64,000 nt of DNA from Tubulanus polymorphus. Its lineage: Eukaryota; Animalia; Nemertea. The notes under the pieces are model-generated. The model did not search any database. It was not told the DNA's origin and saw nothing but the letters and a program-made list of their open reading frames with translations. Below are positions 52,646 to 64,000 of this stretch, piece by piece. The DNA lies in assembly GCF_964204645.1 (NCBI RefSeq), contig NC_134035.1, positions 3,844,001 through 3,908,000 of the forward strand, given 5' to 3'. The position numbers were made by a program, and so were the translations under genes. The stretch's first letter is position 1. Each line of letters opens with the position of its first letter.

Positions 52646-53038
52646 GTATAATTTGCATGTATTCCTAATCTAGTGGGTGAGGGGCTGATCTAGAAAGGTT
52701 ATGGTCCAGAAGGAAATCAAGGGCATTTCTAAGATAAAGTAGCCATGTCAAAGCCTACTGGTGGGGTTCCTCCATCTAGGATTAGATATTTTTGAGGCCA
52801 CAAGTGGATTTCCTCCCTCGGTATTAGATATTTTTGAAGAAATAAACTCGAACAGACGCAATTTCAAAGAGAATGAGTTTCAAATTCATAGTTTTCACAC
52901 TAATCGCTTGTTAAAAAGGGCAAACTCAATGATAAGGAAGGGGTCCGGACTCCTGAGACTACCCGCTAAATCCACCCTGAGAAAGCCCAGTTGTCGAGCC
53001 TGTCCAAAATGGTTAGATGGTTATATTTGTATTTTCAG

Positions 53039-53208
53039 GTGCTGCGAGATACGTTCATCTTTAAAATCGTGCCAATGTTGAATCCGGACGGCGTTATTGT
53101 CGGCAATTATCGGTGCTCATTATCGGGTCGCGACCTGAATCGAAACTATAAAACTGTGCTCAAAGAATCGTTTCCTTCCGTGTGGCATACGAAGAATATG
53201 ATCAGAAA
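53039..53208 (+). CDS. AGBL2: AGBL2-like exon, [35 protein letters not shown]...
   Basis: PMLNPDG and DLNR M14 motifs. Confidence 0.97.
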
Positions 53209-53477
53209 GTACGTTTTTTTCGGGGATGGGTGGCGTAGGTTAAAAGCCCCACCGCCCCGATGTGAAAATATCCCGCAATCCCGCAAGGAACAAATCCCTC
53301 GCAGAAATAATCCCCTGATATGAAAATCCTCCATGGAAGAAATCCCCTGATTAGGATATTACATCCTTCAGGGATATTATCGGGGAGAGGAGTATTATGT
53401 TGGGGAATGTCACGAAAGGGGTTTTAATCCTTAGAGAAAATCAATTAATGAATCGTTTCATTTTGTTTTACCCGTAG

Positions 53478-53637
53478 GTTGCTCGAAGAACGAGAAGTGA
53501 TCGTCTACTGCGACATGCACGGTCACAGTCGTAAACATAATGTGTTCATCTACGGTTGCGAGAATCGTAAAAACTGCGACCAGCGACTTCACGAACGCGT
53601 CTTCCCGGTCATGTTGCATAAAAACTCACCGGAAAAG
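53478..53637 (+). CDS. AGBL2: AGBL2-like exon, [27 protein letters not shown]...SPEK
   Basis: DxHGHS third zinc ligand motif. Confidence 0.97.
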
Positions 53638-54211
53638 GTACGATGAGTCCTACGTCTGGACATGCCGGGTTCCCTATGACTCCTTGATTCCTTAGCAATT
53701 TCTTCTAAACAGAAAATGCTTTTAAAGGTGCTTGAAACTCCTTTAATTTGAACAAAATGTCCAATACTCCTTTAAAGCTCCTTCAATTTTGAGAAGTAGG
53801 CAATTAGAAATTTTTGTAGTTGTACGGTAAACTACGCCTAAATCGGTACAGTTAGGACCTGGACTTTTTCTCTATCCTTAATTCAGGTATTGAAAAAACC
53901 AGGGACCAGTTGCTCAAAAGTTTGTTAATGATAACAGGTGGATGATTCACCAAGAATCTTAGTGTCTGGGTTACACTAGGATCGTAGAGCGACGGAGATC
54001 ACTGGTGTAGACAACCACTGCCAGTGCTGGGTGAAGTGGATAAATACCATAGCAGCAATGATCTTCAATTTATCACTATGCCAACGATCCACTGGTTAAC
54101 TCTAACCAACTTTTGAGCAACTGGCCCCTGGTCGAACAAATACTGAGTTCAAGCAGTTAAGGGGTGATAAAAGTCAATATGTGGATGTTGATGATTCGTG
54201 TTTGTTTCCAG

Positions 54212-54313
54212 TTCGTGTACGACTATTGTAAATTCAAAGTTCAGAAAAGCAAAGAAGGAACCGGACGAGTTGTCATCTGGAATATGGGTATAATGAACAG
54301 TTATACTATGGAG
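54212..54313 (+). CDS. AGBL2: AGBL2-like exon, [34 protein letters not shown]
   Basis: KEGTGRV and SYTME (catalytic Glu) motifs. Confidence 0.96.
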
Positions 54314-54856
54314 GTAGGTTCTATAGCTGATTCAGAAAGTTAACTATCGGTTTGATGAGTAAACGCTACGGAAATAGGGTCTCCAGCATAATTATTAGAG
54401 CTGCGCTATAATAGAAAATTTGATTACTATTATCATTATTATCATCACTTCGAAAACACTCTCAAAAGATCGTCTTTCAATGATAACAATGGGCACTGCC
54501 TTCTTCATTGCGACCGAATCCATCTTTATTCTTTTAAAAAAACTTAAATGATTAACCGTGCTGATGAAACTCATTTGTTATCGAGGGGTGACTTATAGAC
54601 TGGTATTACCTTTAACCGACGGGCTAACTCAATTCATTATCAATTGAGTCAGCCCCAGGGTTAAAGGTAATGCCAGTTTGTAAAATGGGCTCCAGAATTA
54701 TATAGATTGATTTGAAAAATATATAAATATATATAACTACCCCTTGCTTAATTTTTGCCGATAGCTTGAAAATTACTTAGTTCGAAAACGCTGTCTCAGC
54801 CATCGTAGTTCCTCTTAGCGCTCAACATTTTAATGAAAAGTGATTATGTTTCGCAG

Positions 54857-54982
54857 GCCACGTTTGCCGGATCGGAGTTCGGGAATCTGAAAGGTTATCA
54901 TTTCACGTCGGCCGATTTCGAACTGATGGGTTTCCACTTCTGCGACACGCTGCTCGACTACTGCGACCCCGATAAAACGAAG
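54857..54982 (+). CDS. AGBL2: AGBL2-like exon, ATFAGSEFG...FCDTLLDYCDPDKTK
   Basis: CDTLLDxCDPD motif typical of AGBL2/3. Confidence 0.95.
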
Positions 54983-56029
54983 GTAATGTCGAACAAAGTA
55001 GAAAAAAAATAACAAATGGGAGTGAGGGGGATTATTCAAACTGAGGTGGAACTGGGTCCATGTTGTCCGTTCTTTAACTAATGTCTTGCTTTCTTCATGT
55101 TTTCTCATTACTGCCTCTCTGTACACGTGTAAAATCATCTAAAATCGCCGATTTCATCGAATGGTTTGTACATTTCCTTCAGGCATTCCTTTAGTTAGTC
55201 GTGGGTTCATTTGATTCGACTGCGGACCCAGTTCCAAAGGTTTAATCATCCCCGGTGCATGGACCATAGTTGTTTGTCAGATTTTGATTGAAATCTTTAG
55301 AAATGAAGTCATTGTTACGGAACTGGGTTCTGGTATACCAATATCATACTATTGGGGGGCTTCCTTGCGTTGTTGACCCATTCCCTTGTAGAGATGCGAA
55401 CCAGAAGGCATCATAAGAGAGACTCTACCATGGTGCAATCCCCTGCCCTAGTGTATGCATTATAGAGGCAGTAATTTATACCATGGTAGAGTCTCATAGA
55501 AGATCTAAGAGACCATATTCATTTCAAATAACTCTTTTACTGTGATAATGGTAAAATCTATTTGTGTCTGGGATCGATTTTTCGAAGATATTTCTCTTCA
55601 TCGAAGGGAAAAGAGACTCCATTTTATGAACTAAATCAATTTTAACAATGTTTCCATGCCTACCATTTGAAATTGCTTTCAAATCATAGAAATTATGGGA
55701 ACATGGGGAACATATTGTTAAAAATTCAAATGTGGCTGATCTTTTCTCTTTTAATCATGAGAAAAAGGAGACTTTTTAGCAATACTTCAATACAGTGTAA
55801 AATGGATATAAAAACAATGGTTTATTTAGACTGCACAGTTTCACTGGTCGTATTAATACCAAATTGAGTAATGTGTTCAAAAGATTGAGAGAAAAATCTC
55901 CAAAAAAATCAATCTGAGACAAAAACATATAGACTTTAGTTTGTTAGAATTTTGATTAAATGTTTACGCTTTCAATCGAAGCTTCTACAAACACACGGTT
56001 AACAAGTTTTATCTTTTTTCTTTGAACAG

Positions 56030-56163
56030 TGTACCAACGTTCTGCTGGAATTGGAAGAGAAGTTGAGAAAGGAAATAGTGGAGAAACTCGAGAAACAGGG
56101 ACAAGATGTCACTCTGGAGGACGTACATCTCAGCGATGATTACGGATCTGAAGTCGAATCCAG
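56030..56163 (+). CDS. AGBL2: AGBL2-like exon, CTNVLLELEEKLRK...GSEVES
   Basis: splice sites, phase continuity. Confidence 0.85.
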
Positions 56164-56452
56164 GTCAGTTTTTCCCTCATGTAGTTCAGATGATTACCTA
56201 TACAATAGATAGATTTCCCCGTGGCTCGGACCTTTTATTACAAATTTTTCCGCGGGATATTGACCCGTCATCAGGGACCTTCGTGTCAACACATGGAAAA
56301 ATCACGGAAAACTCAGAGGATGATTCGTACATTGATGAAAAGTGGCCACGTCGCAGTATACAAATACGATGCGCAATACTGAAGTCTTACTTAGACATTA
56401 AAGTATCGAAAAAATGATAGCCAATATAGAACCGGTGTTTGTATGTTTACAG

Positions 56453-56522
56453 TGATAGCGGTGGCTCGGACAGTTCAGTATCAGACGGACTACCTGTACA
56501 TCTACAATACATGAACGATCAG
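56453..56522 (+). CDS. AGBL2: AGBL2-like exon, (S)DSGGSDSSVSDGLPVHLQYMNDQ
   Basis: GSDSSxSDGLP motif found after the catalytic domain in AGBL2/3. Confidence 0.9.
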
Positions 56523-56895
56523 GTATAATCCGAATAGATCATTTCAATATGATCGATACAAACTTAGTACCGCAATTTTTTTAATTTAGGCGTTACTGTA
56601 AATGTAAAATCCTACATTTGTTTAAAGACTAAAAAGTTTATTTGATTACTAGAAATATTTTGGGTAGTTTCTGCCACCCTTCTTCAGTCCAAAATCCAAA
56701 ATGTTTAAACTGAAGAAGGGTGATGGTAGCAACCACCCGAAATATTTCTAGTGTTTTAAGTAAAGCTTTCGACAATATTTTGGGATTTTACATTTACAGT
56801 TTCAATACGTATATCGTGATCTTACTGATTCGTTAGACGTTACTATCGGAGACCAGTACGGTATTACTACGTTCTCGTTCTATCATCCAAAATAG

Positions 56896-57030
56896 GTCGC
56901 GAAAAAGAAGAAGAAACTGAAATCGAAGAAAGAACGCGACAGTCAACGAAACGCTCAAAAAGACGATAAACCGAAGCTTCCGCCGCACAGTCAATGTAAA
57001 CATCCAACTACGTCACCTACTGCTCTAAAG
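56896..57030 (+). CDS. AGBL2: AGBL2-like exon, VAKKKKKLKSKKERD...ALK
   Basis: basic KKKxLKxxKER stretch; splice sites. Confidence 0.85.
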
Positions 57031-57344
57031 GTAAATCATACACACACAGTAACGCTCATTGCGACGATCCCAAAATATCAATTTAAACAACTGTTATTGA
57101 TTTTTTCCTGCATTTTAGGAGTGGAATCCTTCCACTCGTCTTTAGTGTTTATTCGAAACATTATTTTCAAATAAACTCTGAAGATGGATGGAAGGATTCC
57201 ACCCCGAAATATTGTGGGTTTCTCTCAATGATGTTCATCAAGTCTCAAGTATTTACGACAGTAACACTCGTTGGTGGACATTTTATGTTGAGCACTAAGT
57301 TCTACCCGACAAAACACCGCATTTCTTTTCCGTCTACTTTTCAG

Positions 57345-57476
57345 CCTCATATGCGCTTTTCGAATAATTCCGGCAAACGTTCGCGGTCGAAGAACGGCGC
57401 CGACGCTTCGACGAATCCTACGTACGTCGTCAATAATCCGCAGGATTTGTTGAAACCGACCGACGATCCTAAACAG
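57345..57476 (+). CDS. AGBL2: AGBL2-like C-terminal exon, PHMRFSNN...DDPKQ
   Basis: ttttcag acceptor, gtatgg donor, phase 0/0. Confidence 0.7.
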
Positions 57477-57790
57477 GTATGGAAGAAATATCGGAAGAAG
57501 ATGTCTTTTTATTTGAATAGAAATATGAAACATGTTACTCAAAGTCTAGGTCTTTCCCCCCTTGATAACTGATGAATTCAAACAGAAATGTGGAAGGTGT
57601 TACCGATGCCTTACCCCCCTTGATTTCTTACTTCACATGTAGAGAAATGTGAAACTAAAGGGGTCTTACCCCCTTCATTAATGATGTATTTTAGGTACTT
57701 TTTAATTCCTATACCATGTTACTGATGTTGTATATAAAAGCATTTTTCTGCAAAGTCTGTATAAATCTGTGTATCTAAACATTATTTCAG

Positions 57791-57871
57791 TCGCGTCATT
57801 CGGCGCCGTCAAAAATAGTCAGTTTTAATCTGAAATACTCGGACATCGCGTGTACCCGCGTGTCCTATCAG
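57791..57871 (+). CDS. AGBL2: AGBL2-like C-terminal exon, SRHSAPSK...VSYQ
   Basis: tttcag acceptor, gtaaac donor, phase 0/0. Confidence 0.6.
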
Positions 57872-59094
57872 GTAAACTCATCGTCGCTATCCGCTCCACA
57901 CGATTCGTACTACTAGAATTTTTCAAATTTTCTTCCCGGCACTTTTTATATCGATGGTGGTTGATTGTATTTAAGCTTTGCGCTCTTTCACCCTGCGTGG
58001 CTTTGGGTAGGTAATGAATATATAGATTGATAAATCCCGAGCCTTACGACTGCCTCGAATTGCACCTGTTTTTCATTCGATAGATAGATGAATATAGATG
58101 AATAGCTAGTTAGAATATCATCTAGATAGTATAGTATACATATAGCCGGGCGAAGGTTGCGCAATCTTGTAATCTGGTTCGAATTATCGAAAAATAATTT
58201 AGACACGATTTTGCTCACAAATCATTCTAAATTTTGCATAATTACATTGTATGATTACTTTAAGACCCATTACGACAGCTGTGAGTTGAATTTGACCCTA
58301 GCGAGTTGTTGTAATTGGAAATGAACTGGTTTCAGCTCTTAAGGTACATATTCAACTCACAACTGACGAACTGGGTCTTGTCCAATACAGATTGTATGAG
58401 AAAACAACTGATTTGAAGAATGTTGATTTTATATAGAGGTTTTTCAGATTTTAGAAGATGCTTTGATCAGTTTTTTTCCTATATTTCATACATAATTGTT
58501 TCATAAATTTGATTTTCATATCTTTCGATTGTACCTCTTTGTAACATTTCATCGCAAATTATTTTGTTAGATTTTATAGTTATGTAGAGTGGAAATGTTC
58601 TAGGATGTATGATTCTGTGTCTCGCATGTTTGAATCGGGTAGAATTCTATCAGAATCCAAACCCATTTTCAATTTTCGTATTGAATCATGTTGTATTTCA
58701 AAAACTTTTACTTACCATAGCTAAACCTGTTTGCATTCTATCAGACCTGAACACCACAATAAAGTTTTATTATATGTATCATGGGTGGATCTCAGAAAAT
58801 TAGAATACAGGGGGTCTCAACAAAAAGGAAGGGCATTCCTCAGATAATGCATGTCAAAGGCCACGAGCCAGGTTTCACCATCAGTGTTAGAATTTTTTGA
58901 AGAAATCCATCCCAAAAGACACCATTTCTGAGAGGATGAGTCAAAATCATACATTTTAATGATCTCTGTCTTGACAAAAAGGGCAACCTCGATGGGACAA
59001 CAGAGTCGCGGACCCCCAAAACCACTCCCTAGTTCTGCGCCTTATAAATATAGAATTTCTTTTGATAATGCCAATTCGAAATGCTTAATTTCAG

Positions 59095-59167
59095 AAAGAA
59101 TATCTGGAAGCGTTGACGAATGCTCTGTTGAAGAGCGGAGTAATGATGCCGACCGACGCGCCGACCG
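59095..59167 (+). CDS. AGBL2: AGBL2-like C-terminal exon, KEYLEALTNALLKSGVMMPTDAPT
   Basis: tttcag acceptor, gtaaga donor, phase 0 to 1. Confidence 0.7.
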
Positions 59168-59812
59168 GTAAGATAGAGTTAGACAATTCTCGTAAATAAT
59201 CCTACAAGTACAATCGTTTTCCCTTTACCCTGATGATAGAATTTACACTTGTCAACTGAAGACCCCCTGCATGATCCTAATGATGAAAATGCATGGATAA
59301 ATTTTGCACGAGCATGAAATCGAACTGTTTGATCGTTCACAATGCACCTTATCATTTTCCAAACCACCCAGAACCTTGTTTGTGATCCCGAATAAAATCA
59401 AATTTTAGAGATTCTGATATTTGGAAAAGCGGCAACATTTTGTGTACATATTCTGGGTACATCCTTTATGAACGGCCCCTTTCCTGTAATATCACTGGTT
59501 GAGTGTGTTTTGGTGCCAGTTGTTCAAAGTTGGTTAGAGTTAACCTGAGGATAGTTTACATAGTGACAATTGAAAGTTCATTATGACTGCAGTGAACTGA
59601 TATAAATCTCAGCGTAGAGTTAACGAATAAAAATCCACAGTTAGATCTGTTGAAAACAGTTTTTCTACAGATCTAACTGTGAGTTTTTATTCGTTGAAAG
59701 TTCATTGTTACTACATGGTATTTATCCGCCAGTTATCTTTAAACAACTGTCGAGCAACTGCAGCCCCTGAACGATAACTTTGTCACCTTCGTTTCGTTCT
59801 CTTCACAAACAG

Positions 59813-59989
59813 ACGTTCCGCATTTTCGTTATTCACTCGCCACAAAAACCACGTCCTCCACATTTCCTGTCAACCTCGACAATCTGTGTCCGATCCACGC
59901 GGAGCAGACGCTGGCGGCGCAGTTCGTCAGTCAGTTACAAGAACTGCAGGATCGCAACGACAACGATATACGCGACGACTCGTTTTCAG
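59813..59989 (+). CDS. AGBL2: AGBL2-like C-terminal exon, (D)VPHFRYSL...DDSFS
   Basis: AG/GT sites, phase 1/1, open frame. Confidence 0.7.
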
Positions 59990-60717
59990 GTAAAATCCTC
60001 GCGCAACTTCTTTTTACTAACCGTTTGTTTCGTTTGCCGCGATATGAAAACCGACAATCGAAAACAGTGTCTCTTGGATGCTTTGAATCAGTTTTGAAAT
60101 TCAATCGAAGACTCCTCAGTATATGTATGAAATATTCACAGTTAGTTCTTTTCGATTGTCGGTGTTTTCCACTGCTAATGCTTTGGCTGCTTTTGATTCT
60201 ACTTCTAAATGGTAATGTTGAGCTGTCCATTTTACTTCTAACTTCACACTTTGCCACCATAGTCAATTATTCATCTCTATCCATCAGTTGCACAGATAAA
60301 ATGCTGTGAGATGAGGGATGTACGTAAGACCCATCTATGCCCAACTGAAGACTCATCTTTAAGCATATATGAAAATCGCGCAAAATAAAGATTCAACATC
60401 TAAAATCTCTTTTCTGGACATTTCGGAAAATGTTCTTCCCATTTTCGGAGATTTATTCAGAATGAAATTAATTTAAGATTAATTAAGATTAAATCTCTGA
60501 AAATGGAAAAAAGAAATCGTTCGAAAACGTCAGGAAAAAGATTTTATTTGTTGAATCCTTGTGTACTGTGGTATTTTCATATGCACTTCATAGACTGTGT
60601 CTGGTTTCAATTGGTTTCGACTAATCTTTAGGACTTACGATTATCTTCGGTGAGTTCTGAGTAGAGTAGTCAACAATAGATTTGAATTTGGAGAATATTT
60701 TGTTTAGTTTTAAGTAA

Positions 60718-62016
<1,299 letters not shown>

Positions 62017-62725
62017 TTCTGCTGCGCAATATATCTTTCCTATCGCACGTTCGTAATCTGTAAATGTCACCGTAATCCGTAACAGTCACTCGTAATATGT
62101 AACGGTTTCCGTGGTTGGGTTTTCACAGACGACTGATCGTCTAATTCAGTTGAAGAACGACTGTAAGACGTTTCAACTCAAATGCAATGAGCCTTTTGTT
62201 TTTTTCAATTACAATTGAATCAAAACATTAACATCTGCAGGGGACGGGACTTGTGCAGGTCCACAAAATCTTTTTGAGTTCCTGTTACCATTTTGTGCAA
62301 GAGTACATATAGTAATACCGGTATTGCCTTTTGGACATCAGAGTGCCCTTTTAGGTCACGGCAAATCCTTCGCAATTCATAGCCTCTCAATCCACCCCTG
62401 CAAGTTCTTACAGTTTTTCTTCAATTGCGGGTTTTATTCGTCTCTCTGGTGTTCATTTTCTACTTTGAATTTCGTTTTCTCGGTCTCGTTCTTCGTTGAC
62501 ATTTCGGTGCTTGAATCTATTATGTATGAATTGAACTGGAAGTGTTCCATGAATTAGAATTAGAAACGTTTTTAATCAATTTTAATGAGCAACTTCCCTG
62601 GTGTGAATACGCATTCTTTTTGTCAAGAAATGATTAATTCCAAATGATGTTGGCGCCGACTCGGGTGTCGAATAAAAATGTGAAAATTACATAAAGTGAC
62701 GTTAATTGCGTGTTTTTATTTCCAG

Positions 62726-62919
62726 TGACTGTGACGGAAGATGCGAATTCGCGAGCGGGCCCCGTTCGTTACAAGTTGATCACTCGTCGCGCGGGCGCCG
62801 CGGCCAATCGGGCCGCGTCTCAGAGTTTGAGCGTACAGCCGTCAAATCGGGTGATGCTGGAGCACGCCGTCGCCAAGCAGCAGCAATACCCAGACGCGAT
62901 GGATATCGTCTATAAAAAG
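62726..62919 (+). CDS. AGBL2: AGBL2-like C-terminal exon, (V)TVTEDANSRAG...DIVYKK
   Basis: ttccag acceptor, gtagga donor, phase 1 to 0. Confidence 0.65.
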
Positions 62920-62934
62920 GTAGGATATATCATG

Positions 62935-63310
62935 AAGCGGTGTGGTTGTGGGCGAGTGGTTAGAGCGTTCGACGAAGCCAGGTCGTTGGTTCGAACGTAA
63001 TGTCCCTGGGCAAGTTGTCTCTTGAAGGAGGTGCCACTTTTCTTAAAATGCTAATGAGAATGTAACGTCTCCTCAAAGTGCCGGTGAACCCGAAGTCAAA
63101 TTCTTTAAAGATAATAGTTCAAAACTACAGAGAAAATATCACTGAATTCATGACCGTAGCCCCTCGGGCAAGACGCCCATCATCGTAGTCCTGGAGTAAA
63201 TGGATACCTGGCCTGATAGATCACTCCTGAGTGCTTGTAGCTGCTCAGATGTTTTTCTCCTCCAGGAGAAATGACTGATACATTGTTAGAGATCGAGTTG
63301 CTGAGGGTAG
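62935..63310 (+). mobile_element. tRNA-derived SINE, same family, interrupted by another repeat
   Basis: GGGCGAGTGGTTAGAGCG, GGTTCGAAC, shared TACCTGGCCTGATAGAT body; insert about 63040-63130 matches 6590-6680 in reverse. Confidence 0.65.
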
Positions 63311-63526
63311 TAATACCTATTCAATAGAAAAATCAGCGGATGTTGAACATCGTATCACAGCTGAAAAGGGCGCTTCGATATCATCATTATCATCATTGTT
63401 GTCATCATAATTTTTATATTTTTATATTCACATGGCTTATAGACTTATGAATTACTACCACAAAATGGTTGAAATGAAATTGATTGCTAACCGATCATCG
63501 TTTTTTGAAAATATTCTGATTGTTAG

Positions 63527-63607
63527 GAAAGCAACAAGGTGAAATTGAAACCGTTAAAGGAATCGTTGAACGAACATGTTGTCGATTCCGATCTCAGTTC
63601 CGAAATG
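63527..63607 (+). CDS. AGBL2: AGBL2-like C-terminal exon, ESNKVKLKPLKESLNEHVVDSDLSSEM; gene probably continues beyond window
   Basis: AG/GT sites, phase 0/0. Confidence 0.55.
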
Positions 63608-64000
63608 GTAAAAAATGTTGTTATCTATAATGGCAGGGTTCATAGCAGTCCGTGAATGTCCTTAACAGTTTTGAAATGCGAATGGGTCAATACAACACCT
63701 TGAATATCATTGAATGGGCTCCAAATTCCTTGAACCATTGGTCATTGAATGGCATCAGTCATTAGTTATCAGCCGCAGATCCAAGATAGAAGTTCACTGT
63801 AACAGCTCTTCAAACTTCTACTGATTATAAGAATGCCTGGAATTTTCCTATATTAAGCATGACGATTATATATAAGTCATGGAATCGAAGTCGAAAAAAG
63901 TCTGTGAATGTCGTTAAATGAGCTTAGTCTTGGACACTATGAACCCTGCTATCGAAGCTTGCATCGTCTAGCTATAGCTCTGTGTATGTTATGAATTGAA

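Overview
Animal (metazoan) genomic DNA with spliceosomal GT-AG introns, probably a lophotrochozoan or other non-pancrustacean protostome (inference from Su(H) N-terminal motifs). No prokaryotic features. Three protein-coding loci: (1) the 5' half of Suppressor of Hairless/RBPJ (CSL) on the minus strand (about 28.4 kb to base 3, continuing past the window start), with at least three frame-compatible alternative first coding exons that keep or drop the CtBP-type (PLDLT) and Groucho-type (GSLTPPDKI) motifs, in a locus rich in CSL binding sites; (2) a C2H2 zinc-finger gene with an intronless CDS (minus, 35366-37153); (3) a multi-exon cytosolic carboxypeptidase AGBL2/CCP2-like gene (plus, from about 38.8 kb past the window end), head-to-head with the zinc-finger gene. 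Introns contain many MITEs (piggyBac-like, Harbinger-like, short palindromic families), tRNA-derived SINEs, minisatellites, and several families of Penelope-type minimal hammerhead ribozyme motifs in tandem or fold-back arrangement, including a near-perfect 259-bp palindrome with a hammerhead core on each strand. A candidate spliced non-coding unit lies at about 33.4-34.6 kb. All exon models were read by eye from splice sites and reading-frame phase; none is confirmed by transcript data.
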